From positions 1-57,929 of the IMG/VR virus record IMGVR_UViG_3300045988_084596: a stretch of DNA of 57,929 bases; one strand, written 5' to 3'. Positions within the stretch are counted from its first letter, which is position 1, and each line of letters opens with the position of its first letter. The DNA is from a virus. Below, one piece after another: positions 1-11,651 of the stretch. The notes beneath the pieces were generated by a model that saw nothing but the letters and a program-made list of their open reading frames with translations, was not told the origin of the DNA and made no database searches. Both the position numbers and the translations under genes were made by a program.

Positions 1-23
1 TAGCTACATGATAAGGAGAAAGT

Positions 24-1241
24 ATGTCTGAAATAAATCAAGATACTACTTTCGAGCGTTTTTGTAGTTTTGACACTATGTATGATGCGTCTTATAAGGT
101 ATGCCGAAACGTTCGATGGAAAGATAGTACAATTAATTTTGAAGAGAATAGGATAGAAACAATTTTAAAAACAGAAGCTGATCTGCGAGCGTGTGAATAC
201 GAATAGCTTGTGTTTAGTTGTTTTTCGATAATCGAACGAGGCAAACCAAGAGATATAAGAGCGTGTCATATCAACGACAGACTGGTACAAAATGCGTTAT
301 GTGAACAAGTTTTATTACCAGAATTAACTCCTAGATTTATCTACGATAATTGTGCTACTTTAAGAGGAAAAGGAATAGACTTTGCTTTAAAAAGAGTAAA
401 GAAACATCTTCAACAAGCTCATAGAGAATATGGATTAGGAAAAGATTTTTATGGGTTAAGAATTGATATTCAAAAATATTTTGATTCTATTGACCATAAA
501 TCTTTAAAGAAAGCGGCTAAACGTTTGATAAAAGATAAAAGAATTTATCAACTATGCTGTTATTTAATAGATACATTTTCTTTTAAGCTAACAAAAGATT
601 CCTCTCCCATACCAGGAAAAGATTATTATATTAGTAAACGGCACAAATACACGAGAATTAGTACCACTAATTTTAAGCCTGGCCGCAAATACTATGAATA
701 TGATAATAAAAGTCTTGGATTAGGAAGTCAAACATCACAATTATTCGCATTGCTAGCATTGAACGAAATTGACCACTTCATCAAAGAAGAGTTACATATT
801 AAGTATTATGGTCGTTATATGGATGATTTATATTTATTCCACAATGACAGTCAATACTTAGCCGAATGTGAAAAGAGAATAGAAGTTCGCTTAAATAAAC
901 AAGGATTAAAGATGAATAAGAAAAAGACTACTATTACTAGAATCTCTCCTATTCACGCGGACGGCAAACGTCACGCTCCATTAAAATACTTAAAGTGGAA
1001 CTTTTATCTCACAGACACTAATCATATAATACAAATTCCTTTTAAAAAGAAAGTGGCTCATTAGCGCAGAAAGTTGAAGAAAATGCAAGCGCTATGGCTA
1101 GAGGGTAAAATTTCAACAGATGAAATTTAGAAATCCTATCAAGGTTGGAGGGCACATATTTCTAAAGGAACTTGTTTTTATATAATTCAAGATATGGACA
1201 ATTATTTTCGTTCATTATTTAAAGGAGTTGAAATAAAGTAA
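24..1241 (+). CDS. DGR-type reverse transcriptase (diversity-generating retroelement RT), translated through 3 in-frame TAG codons (204-206, 1062-1064, 1128-1130)
   Basis: RBS AAGGAGAAAGT before ATG at 24. Motifs ERGKPRDIRACHINDRLVQNAL (RT motif 1), QKYFDSIDH (motif 2), LGLGSQTSQLFALLALNEIDHF (SQ instead of SP, DGR hallmark), GRYMDDLYLF (YxDD active site), C-terminal thumb SYQGWRAHISKG. The ORF track splits it into 24-206 plus 210-1064, but both are in frame 0, as is the extension to the TAA at 1239-1241. Confidence 0.8.
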
Positions 1242-1903
1242 TGTATATTCTATTAAATAGAGAGAATGTAGTAGTTGATATTCTTTCAGAAGCACGTTAC
1301 ATTAAACTGCAATCCTCAAATGGTATTGTCGTTGCCTGCGAGGAAGAAGAGGGAACTGGGGTTATCGGCTCAAATGGAGATACACATTATACTCTAATTA
1401 AAGCCGATGTATTAAATCAATCTAATGCTGTAAAAGTATTAGAGATAGAAACAATTCCATCAGATGTTACTCCTAATTATTCAATATATAATCAAGAAGA
1501 TGGAACATTCACTTCTGATTTAGATTAGGCAAAGTATGACAAACAAGAGGAAAACAAGAAACTATTCGCAGAGTATCTTGCTACCCACCCACTAACTTGG
1601 GTTGATGGAAAAGAATATGGAATTACGTAGGAGGACCAGTCTGAGATTAGCTTAAATCTCAATCAATATCAAGTCGCTCTCGCGGCCGAAGTAGAAAATC
1701 CTACGCTTGAGTGGCACGCTCGACACGAAGAATGTGTGCCATGGAGTTTAGAGCAATTATCCGCTCTAAGTTTAGCTATTTTAAATGCGGTATATCCCAA
1801 ATATCATTTAATGCAAGAATATAAAACTTAGATATTCGAAGCTGATTCAATAGATAAATTAAAAGCTATTGAATTAAACTATGAAGATACCGACAGTGAG
1901 TAA
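1241..1903 (+). CDS. hypothetical acidic protein (~220 aa) with 3 in-frame TAG codons
   Basis: ATG overlaps the RT stop (TAATG). Frame stays open through TAG codons to the TAA at 1901-1903. No motif recognised. Confidence 0.45.
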
Positions 1904-2338
1904 AAATATAATTCTATTTGCAGTTGGAGGAACTCTATATTACGGTATAGAGTTCCTCTATAAAACTTTTATCAGCTTTGGAACTTGTCATTGGTCTATG
2001 TTCTTATTGGGCGGCTTATGCTTTTTATTAATAGGACTAATGAATGAGAACGTTCTTTGGGAAGAATCTATTCTTACTCAAGGAGTAAAAGGCTCTTTAA
2101 TCATAACTGCTTTAGAATTAATCTTTGGTCTAGTATTAAATGTAAAACTAGGCTTAGGTATTTGGGATTATTCTCATGTTCCATTGAATTTTATGGGGTA
2201 GATTTGTTTACCATTCTCTATCGCCTGGTTCTTTTTAAGCCTTTTGGCAATAGTATTAGACGACTGCCTAAGATGGAAATGGTTTGGAGAAGAAAAACCG
2301 CATTATCATTTATATAGTAAACCTCCTTGCGAGAAATA
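1881..2338 (+). CDS. small multi-pass membrane protein (~152 aa), one in-frame TAG at 2199
   Basis: Hydrophobic segments FAVGGTLYYGIEFLY, MFLLGGLCFLLIGL, LIITALELIFGLVL, CLPFSIAWFFLSLLAIVL. Ends at TAA 2336-2338, immediately before a bidirectional terminator. Confidence 0.45.
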
Positions 2339-2390
2339 AAAAAAAATGGGGAGAACCTTGAAATTAAGGTTCTCCCCATTTTTTTTATTT
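2336..2390. terminator. bidirectional rho-independent terminator between convergent transcription units
   Basis: A8 tract, hairpin ATGGGGAGAACC/GGTTCTCCCCAT (2346-2379), then a T8 tract. Confidence 0.7.
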
Positions 2391-3167
2391 TACATCAATG
2401 ATAATAATAGCAATATCATTTGTTGGTTTTTCTTTTGTATAAAAGGTAATTCCAACCCCAACTGATGCATCAGCGTGATCAATTTTACTATACTCTTCAA
2501 GATTAGAAGTATAACTAATAATAGGTGGCACATTACCTGCTTTTCCGCAAGTTAAAGAAGTATTGGAATAAGTATATGTATACATATCTTCATTTAATAC
2601 CCAACCTGATGCAGAAAGAGTTGCTGGATAAGCTGCCGTAGTACTTCCACTAATCTAGTTATCTGTTTCCAATTTGCTATACACATCTAAATTAGTTCTC
2701 GCCCCTGCTGCATTAATTGCCCCGGTTCCACCAACTGAAATTGGAAGCGTTCCAAATTGCGGAGCGCCAGCTGTAGCGGCAAATAAAGCGCCAGTTCCTT
2801 GCAATCCTGTTACACCATTCTCGCTATTTCCGATAACAATCTAACCAGCCGCAATTTCAACCATCTTTACCGCATTAGTTCCATTACCAATTAATAAAGC
2901 ATTTACAGTTAGACTATTATGTCCAGTTCCGCCCTGAGCTACAGTGGCAGTCATATTTTTAAGAAAAATATCATCAATATCAATCTCAGTAATATCATTC
3001 TTTAGAACTTGAGCAGCATAGGCATTTACCTGCAAACGCCCACCTTCTTCATTACTAATATCAATAAAGAGATTTCCTTTATCTTCTGTGAAATAAGCGT
3101 ATCCTTCATGAAGAGGTACACTATTCAAATTATCTTCTGGTCCTCGAAAAATCTTAAATAAAGCCAT
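2385..3167 (-). CDS. tail fibre protein (260 aa), one TAG
   Basis: RBS AAAGGAGGGCC before ATG at 3167. N-terminus MALFKIFRGPEDNLNSVPLHEGYAYFTEDKGNLFID matches the conserved N-terminal motif of Gram-positive phage tail fibres and HylP-like proteins. Last gene of the late operon; TAA stop at 2385-2387. Confidence 0.6.
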
Positions 3168-3200
3168 TTTAGGCCCTCCTTTATACTCTCTAAATATAAA

Positions 3201-5132
3201 TTAAGGTATTAAATCACTAAAACTTCCCCAAGATAACAACTCTTCTATCTATTCGGCAGAATATGTCTATCTATCTTTATTTGTAATAGCTCCACCGATT
3301 AAAGTGTTGATATAATGAACGCTATAAGTTTTATTTGTTACCTCTCCGCCATCTTCATTATTATAATCATTATCAATAAGGTTAGCAATACCTCCGGTTA
3401 GTTGAACTCTTCCCCATACTCCATCGGCTGCTTTATAATACCAATAAGAAGTTTCCTAATTAGTCTCATATTCAACCCAAGTAATAGAGAAAATATCCTC
3501 TGCGCTGATTTCTCCATCGTAATTTTCTTCGATGTAATTTACGCCATTCTATAAAGAATCCTTAATTGTTTCAGTTTCGTTAATAGTGTAACTTTTAACT
3601 ATTTTAAGAGCTTCTCCAACAGGACCTTTTAAGTTTCCTTTATTCTTAACCCATGTTCCATTAGAGCTTAATGAATAAATATCTCCTGTATCAGTATTTA
3701 AATACAAATCTCCTGTTTTAGCTCCATCAACAGTAACATTTAAAGATGTATCAGAAACAGCTAATCCAGCAAATAATTTAGATCCTCTTGGAATCTAGAA
3801 ATCAAGATTTACTGTATCAGAAGAAATAATCTTACTAGAGACAGATCCCTCTTCATCAATTCCTATAAAATCAAAAGAAACTCCGTATTTAACCGCGGAT
3901 GGCAGCCCAAAGATAAGTTTCCAAGCGGTTTCTTCCGTATTAGTAAATTCTCTTACTACAGTAGGTGCAGTTGGTTCATACTCGCTACCACCATTTGTAT
4001 AAGGATCTAATTTTGTTACTTCTATTTCAGGTAATGGAGACTAAATACAAGCAACATATTGGAAAGTGCAAGTTGTACCCGACTTCTTTGTTACCTTGTA
4101 AATAAAACCGGTCGGTGCATTAATATAATAATCACCAATATTATAATCTGCAAAAGCTTCATTCGTTTCTTCATAAGTCCCAGCAGTTCTTTCCCCTAAT
4201 AGTTCACCATAATAAAACTTAATAGATTCTGGTAAACTAAATTTTAATACCGGAGAATTAATATTAGTATTATCTATCTAAACTGATGGGTTTTCCTCTG
4301 GACCTACAATAATAGTCTCTGGATTTCCCATTACCTAGCTTTGAGGTAAAAAGAAATTAATAACTGGCTTATTTATATCATCAAAATTTATCTCAAAATA
4401 TGGTGTTTCATTAGAATCAAGAACTGTTGTAGTTCCTTCCTATAATGATTGAGATACAGGTAATTGGAATTTAATTGCCGGTCTATTTATAGAATAAGAA
4501 CCAGACGTTTCTAAGGATACTGTAGGTTCCTCTCCAACATTTAATAATTCAACTAGCGCCGTTTCAATAACTTGTGATTGTGGCAAAGATAATTTTAAAC
4601 TTGGATTATTTATATCTGTTGTATCTAATTTCACACTAGGATTTTTATTGCAATCTAGAACGGTTGTTTCACCTAATTGAATATTTTGACTCTAAGGTAA
4701 CTAAAAAGTTAGCCACAATCTATCTAAATCTGTATTATCCCAAACTACATTTGGATCTTTATCGGCATCAAGAACTTCTGTATCATGTAGGCTAATTCTT
4801 GGTGTATTTCCTGTCATGGAAGCCTGCATCTCATAGCTTAGGCCGCCCGCAGACCCACTTCCATCTTTATCATTAAAAACTTTTTTCCAAAGGGTAGAGT
4901 TATAACTTTTACCATAATTCTATAAATCTTCATTCTTATAAATATCATAATTTGCATCACTTGGCAAACCATACGATACAATAACGAAATCTCCAGGGAA
5001 AATAGAAGATGTCCAACCCTTTGTTAAATCTCTATCCATCTAATATTTACTAGTAAAGATTTGCTTAATTTCAAAATCTATACCTTTAGGTCCTCCATAG
5101 AAACTCTCCATAGTTTGACACCTCCTTATACA
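3201..5132 (-). CDS. large tail fibre / receptor-binding candidate (~643 aa) with repeated L-P-Q/E-S-Q modules, many TAG codons
   Basis: Frame is continuous with ORF 4440-4634 and ends at TAA 3201-3203. Internal repeats KLSLPQSQVIE, KFQLPVSQSLQ, NFFLPQSQVMG, KFSLPESIKF. In-frame ATG at 5132 overlaps the upstream gene's stop. The strong RBS-ATG at 5110 is in another frame and closes after 27 codons. Confidence 0.5.
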
Positions 5133-5706
5133 TAAATAAAGTCAATAATGACATTATATAAATCCTAATAATTTTCTGGAGCATCAACATTATCAGGATT
5201 TGGTAGTACATAAATGCCATTTACCCCCTGATTATATAAGCTTAATGCTGTCTAATAAGCCTCTATATAAGCAGTCTGAATATTATTATATGCGTCCCAA
5301 TAAGCCTTATACCCTTCTGGATCGGTATCTTGATCTGGCATATCTGGATTTTCTTTATAAAATCTCTCCAAATCTTCACTCCTTTTTTTATCTGCGGCTT
5401 GCATTCCCGCAGTTCCTTGTTCAATAGCCTACTGAGATGCTTCTTCGTCTTTTTCATACTTTCTAGGTCTAATAAAATACATATTAGTAATAGCTATGTC
5501 ATCATCTAGTTCATATATTCCAGTTCTACCAACCATAATAGTTTTTGATTCATTCATAACTATCTTGGTCCCAGCAGGAGCCTATACTCCAACTTTATTA
5601 AATTGAGAGGCCCCCACTTGGACAACAATATCACTGAATATATTCTACCCACTAGAAACATAACTACCACTGTTGTTATCTATTACATTATAATATATTT
5701 GACCAA
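5125..5706 (-). CDS. tail-associated protein (~190 aa); start uncertain (see findings)
   Basis: Open frame ending at TAA 5125-5127 and containing TAG codons. The best RBS-ATG (5716) is in the -1 nt frame and stops after 9 codons. A TTG at 5706 is in the body frame. Confidence 0.35.
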
Positions 5707-5732
5707 CAGTTGGCATTATCTCCTACTCCTCC

Positions 5733-7616
5733 TTATACTCTTGTTAATACTTCCGTGGCTGTAATACTCATAGTTCCATTATATGAAAGAGGTAAAGTGA
5801 ATTGAGTTATCTAATAATTTCCACTAAGTCCACTGTCTTTATCTTCAACATAAAGAATATTATTTGGTTCCATATAATATTTTGGTAAACAAGTAATGGA
5901 TATAGTTGTATTATAATTTAAATTCTAATACAACATTTCTCTAATTTTATCAAAACAACTCGCATTTGTGGAGCTTATTGAAAATAAATTATAATACTCA
6001 GAAGTAAGAACAAAAAATCTCTAACCAATTCCTCTATATTCTGCTATCAAATCCTGGTCTAATCCTTCAATAAATATAATATCAGGAGCTTCTATATTAT
6101 ATACGGAAGTTATATCAGAACTATTAATTACTTTAGTCCTTCTACCTATCTCATTTATTGAATATTTTCCAATTTCTGAACCGGTATCTATAAAATCTAG
6201 CCAATAGTTTAAATTTCCTGGATTATTAAATACATCTGGATTCCAATGATTATATTCATCCCATTTCTCATTTAGTGGATTATATAAATTGCGCCATTCG
6301 GCGATTAATTCAGAGTCATAGTAATTATCATATACACTATTTGTTACTTGTGCGTTTAATGCTCTACGATATAATTCCTCTCTCCACTCATCGCACGGAG
6401 ATCCAACTAATTCTACTTCATATCCTGATATTGAATAATCAGAAGATATATTATTAAAATCATATCTTATAATTAATCCCGTCTCTTTATCACTCACAGC
6501 CCACATATAATATCCTGCTAAGTCAATTATTGGTTTGGTATCAATAGCAAGATGATACCTAATATCAACTTCTATTCCAGATGTAGTGGTTCTCTTTCCC
6601 CAAACATAAAAATCATTTTTTATATTATCAAACTTTGGACTGCGGGTTATGGCTGTAGTAGTATCAAGATCGGTTAAAGAGTATAAAAACTTAGCATTAT
6701 TATAGCTCTTTACATAATTTTCTGGAGATAACTCTGTTAAAGGACTTCCAGTATTAAGATAATTCTTTATCTCCTAAAAGATAAAGCGACCATCTATATC
6801 ATAAAAATACTCAAAATTTCCAAGAACTTCAACTATTTTATCTAATAGAGTAGTTACAGTATCTTCAGCATCTAAAATTAATTCTCCCGGATAAGTAAAT
6901 TCAGTTTCTCTATATCCAGCATCCTATCCATAACTTACCATATGAGGAAAATCAGCGCTTGGAGAAAAGTCCATACTTTCATAATTATTGCTAAAATATA
7001 TGGGTTTATCTCCTATATATTTAACTAACATCTTACAAGTTTCTTCTATGTCAGTAATAATAATATTTGTTATAGCTTCTCCGCCCCAATGGTTGACTGC
7101 TTCATATATAATTTGAAAGATAGTTGGATATACAATTTCTATATCTCCATCTTTTTTCTATATATAACTTTCATGAAAGGTTATAGAGCCTGGAAACGTC
7201 CCTCCTGCGGTTCCATCAAGTAAACACATTTTATCTTTTCCACTTATAGAGATTGTCCATCCAGAAGTGGATCTTGCTACCGATGCGTTAGATAAAACAA
7301 ATAATCCACAAGGAAACCAAATTATGTCACCATAATTTGCATAAGATTTTAAGGGATTATTATATCCAACAAAAACTTTAACTTTCTTGTTTATTGAAAT
7401 CTCATTATCTATATTTTCAATATCGCTATTATTCTCATTAGCCAACATAGTTAGGTTAATTGTTCTACGAACAGAGGACGATCCATTAACACTTAAACTA
7501 CCAGCAGTTATGTTACCCTATATTTCTCTAATAGGTTTTTCATCAAAAGAAAGTAAAATAATTTTTGCGTAATGAGTTTTAATATTTAATTTATCAAGAG
7601 CTATAAGGAAATCCAT
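5733..7616 (-). CDS. tail/baseplate structural protein (627 aa), several TAG codons
   Basis: ATG at 7616. Frame matches ORFs 7158-7448 and 6021-6506; TAA at 5733-5735. N-terminus MDFLIALDKLNIKTHYAKIILLSFDEKPIREIQGNITAGSLSVNGSSSVRRTINLTML resembles the N-terminal region of siphophage distal-tail/Tal-type proteins. Confidence 0.5.
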
Positions 7617-7629
7617 ATCATTTAAATAA

Positions 7630-10419
7630 TCAAACATAATACTATTCCACCTTCATGCGCATTTGATTTGTTAAACATTTATAATTTATTACACAAAACT
7701 AAGCACTTTCTAAAGCTATATATTTAACCATATTATCTAATGGATTAAGAGTATACCTTCCAGTTGAGCCAATCTTTATAATAGACGGATCACTTCCATC
7801 TGGACTAGAACTAATTAAAAGGGTAGTTCCTTCATCTGCCTCAATGTCAAGTAAAACAATATCACTAAAAGTATAATAAATCTCGCCATCTGTCAACTAT
7901 CCATCATCATTTAATTCAAAATGAGTATTGTATATAAGCTCAACTTGTTTCTATGTCTCTTCTTTTATTATCTCGTAAATATTAATGGTTTTATATAGAT
8001 TAAAGGTTGTATTATCAACAATAGTATCTCCCTATTTATCCTTGACTAAAAACTTTTCCATATTTGGTGGAACATTACTAAATATACGATAAGTTTCACT
8101 GTTTCTATAATCGTAATTATAGAATTTTAAAACTCCATCTGTACCAGTAAAAATTCCAGAAATCTATCCCCAAATGCGAGAAGCATCAATAGCAGAAACG
8201 ACTCCAACAGAAACGTCCTCAACCTAATTCAACTAGCAAACATAATTTACAATAATAGGAACGCTAGATGCGGACAAAGATAAAGAATTTACATTTTCAT
8301 TTAAATGATAAACTCTATTTGGAGCAACTAAAATTCTTGAACCATTAACATTAATTTCGATAGTCGCGGATTCAGGGCCATCAAGAGCGAGAATCAAATC
8401 TTTACATTCCTAAATCTGTCTATCATATTCAGAAGTATCCTCGTCATCTCCCGCGGCTTCAGATTTAAGAGCTTCTAATTCTAGTAATCGTGCAGTCAAA
8501 TCTATTTTTGGATATTGCTCAATCTAAATATCTGTAACTTGAATTAAATTAAGTTTATATCCTCCGCCTATACTAACTTCTTCCTGCTCTCTTATCTTTG
8601 CATATAAATCTATATTTCTGCCATAAATTCCACTTAACTATCCGAAAGAATTTATTCTATCTTCGCTAGCCAAACTTTCAAATTTACCAATATTTATTAT
8701 ATTAACTTCATTTAAATTTTCTATGGTATTCTCTAAAACTTCATACGCAGTAGCAGAAAAAGAGTAAATCATGCGGCCGACCGTATTATTCGGAGTCAAA
8801 GATACATTCAGCAAGCCTATAATTATATTTCCTTCGGTAGAAGATTTAAAGAGCTTATAATTAAAATCATTTAAAAATTCTTCTACTTTTTCTCTAAATA
8901 TTCTTTCAATAAAAATATTATCATTTGTTAAACTAGTTGAGATAGATAATTTATTTTCATCTGTAGAAACTTCAGAATAAGTTTCCTACTTCTCTTGACA
9001 TTTTCCTCTGGTTACATTGTTTTTAATAAATTTGTCTTTGGGAATTACTAATTCATTATTGTAATAAAGTCCATCATCTTTTAAAGAGAAAAATGTCTAA
9101 TCTTCATCCATCTAAAAACTTATTAATCCAGAAATTGGAAACTCTGCATAATAAGCCTTACCATTCTAAACCAAATGAGGATATTTACTTCCTAAGGTAT
9201 CTTGTTTACTTCTTAAAGTAGTATGTTTAAAGCTGGATAATGTCTAATTAAGAGATAACTTTAACTATATATTATCCCTATAAATATAGCTATATTGGAA
9301 ATCAACACTTCTACCTTGGTTACTTGTATCATATACCTAAGAAGTCCGCAACCCTGCTGAATTTTCCTATTGTATGGCATATTTATATCTTATACCACTT
9401 TCAATAGCAAAATCAACATGAATAACTGAATCATTTAATACTTGATTAGAAAATTTAAGATATTTTAAATCTTCCCATATCTAATAATTACTTTTTTCAG
9501 AACTTCTTGTTATTACATAACTACCACTAAGTCCATTTTTAGCGGTACAAAATATTTTTATACAACCATTTTCTCGACAATATACATCATTATCTTCAAC
9601 TCTAATAGATACTCCCTCTAAATCTCCCAAATAGGTCCTATTAACTGAAAAATTATAAGGTTCTGATTCTCCTTCATATTCATTGATAGTAATAATAGAG
9701 TAGACTACTGTATAGCTTTTATTATTAGTTAATACGGTTTTAAATCTATAAGTATCGGTATTATTAATAGAACCATTGTGCTATAACCATCCAGATGTTT
9801 CAAGTAAATAATTAGGATCTTTAGAGGCTCCTTCATACAAATCAAATTTATATCTATCTAATAATTCATTACTAGCAGAGCTAATATTAAAGCTTCCTAT
9901 AAATAAAGGAGTAAGAGTTGCCTCTATTCTTTCAGTAGATATAACATCTTCTCGTTTAGCTTCATCGTTTTCTATTTTAATAATTGGTGTATCTATAGCC
10001 TTAATTATCATTACTGTAGACCATTCAGAAAAGGCTCCCGCATCTATCTGCTATTGTTTCCAAGTGGCAAATTCTGATAACGAAGTATACATTGGATTTA
10101 TACCAAAACGCATTTGTACTTTGTATAAATAGCCTGGCTGCCAAGATTCAGCTAATTCGCTTCTATTAATTGATACAAAATATTGATTTCCTAAAGACCC
10201 TATCGCAGAAGGAGCTTTATAAATAGTTCCATCTGGATATTGGTCTGTATTTACAATACTTTTATTATTAGACTAACGAACTAACCGCACTTGTACATGA
10301 CCTATGTCACTAAAAGACGTAATTGACTATAGCGTAAAATTTATCTGATATACGTTCACGCTAGAAAGAAATGCTGGCTATGTACTCTACAAAGTAGGCG
10401 GATAAATACTAATTGGCAC
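7630..10419 (-). CDS. large tail protein (929 aa), many TAG codons
   Basis: GTG at 10419 after AAGGAGG. Frame agrees with ORFs 9781-10011 and 7699-7896; first non-TAG stop is the TGA at 7630-7632. Confidence 0.45.
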
Positions 10420-10504
10420 AATTAACGCCTCCTTTTTCTCATCTAAAATATTTAAAAAATCTTATATTTTTTATAAATATAATTGGCCAAGAGGCTGACG
10501 AGTT

Positions 10505-10876
10505 TTACTCCTCGTCAGCCTCCACCATAAAATATAGAGTATTCATAACTTTTAAAGGAATATCATACCCCTATAAAATATCAATAGAAAAAGTCGCTAA
10601 TGGAACGCTAGTATTAACCGCCAATAAAGCATTTAATTCTTGATTAGCCGCTTCCCTTTTCTCCTCTGAAATCTAATAGGTTATATCATCAACTTTTTCT
10701 CCATATCTTTCAATAATCTTTTTTCGTTCGTTATAAATATCCTCAGCAATAGGAGAAAGAATTTTAAAATTTCTTATTACTGCATATGATACACTCGCGG
10801 GAAGAAGTGAGCAATCTTGTATTGTAGAATTTAAATTCTCAACTGCTTCCAAAATATCCTTGTTTAACATTTTCAT
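10505..10876 (-). CDS. hypothetical protein (123 aa), possible fibre assembly factor, 2 TAG codons
   Basis: RBS GAAAAAGGAGTC before ATG at 10876. TAA at 10505-10507 lies inside hairpin GAGGCTGACGAG/CTCGTCAGCCTC. Confidence 0.4.
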
Positions 10877-10896
10877 AATTAAGACTCCTTTTTCTC

Positions 10897-11637
10897 TTAT
10901 GGTGAAACCGCATCTGCTAAAGCTTCAAATAAAGCTGCACTAATCAAAGTTTTATCTGCGGTAACTCTTGAAGTCCCGCAAGCAGATGCCATAGAATTAT
11001 AAACACTCGCAGTTATCCAATCACCACGAGAAACTTTTAAATTATTGTATGAAGAATACTGATTTGACTAGTTTCTCCAACTTTTATATTTGCCAACCTA
11101 GTCGGCTAACTAATTCCATTTGCTGGCTGTAGCATAATCTGCTATATAATCTCCAGGACTGCACCCAAAAGAAAAGCTAGTTGGTTGTGTATATACAGTT
11201 ACACTATCAGATGCAGATCCTAAACTAACTGTTGTCCTAGACGTAGTTGGCCCAGTAGTTGTTGTTACATCTTCATAGATTGGATTTCCATTTTCATCTT
11301 TTCCTACTTCTTCTCTATGAGTAGACCATCGAGTTACAGTGGTGGTTTTCGTACATCTAGCACTTAATGTGCCTCTAACTGTGTTTGCCCTTCCCGCGGT
11401 TAAACCAGTAAAATTATGAGTTGGTTCTTTTGAACTAGAGCTGCCTCCATCGCTAAAGCTCCAACTCCATACTGTATTGCTATAAGAAATAGTAGTTCTA
11501 GAACCGTTTTTACTATCTCCCGTAGTAGTCGTTCCAGAATCACTTGGATATACCCATCCTACCGCAGTACAACTTATTGAAGCATATCTCTATCCAACAC
11601 TAGAGTAAGAAGGAGAATGTAAAGTTACAGAACCCAT
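10897..11637 (-). CDS. tail protein (246 aa), Ser/Thr-rich with Ig/FN3-like character
   Basis: RBS GGAG 14 nt after the upstream stop; ATG at 11637; TAA at 10897-10899. Several in-frame TAG codons. Confidence 0.4.
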
Positions 11638-11651
11638 ATACTATCAACTCC

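Noticed and set aside
1065-2385. Search for the DGR template repeat and variable repeat in the sequence downstream of the RT and at the 3' end of the last tail fibre gene
   Set aside because: No pair of about 100-bp near-identical segments with adenine-specific mismatches could be recognised by eye. The TR is most likely upstream of base 1, outside this window. A computational repeat search is needed before excluding it.
5110-5132. Strong RBS-ATG at 5110 as the start of the 643-aa fibre gene
   Set aside because: That frame terminates (TAA) after 27 codons. The long ORF is in another frame and has an in-frame ATG at 5132 overlapping the upstream stop (ATGTATAA), so translational coupling is the simpler explanation.
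5263-5457. 64-aa Lys-rich minus-strand ORF
   Set aside because: It is out of frame with the protein-like reading of this gene, which contains TAGs. Its composition looks like a chance ORF in AT-rich DNA.
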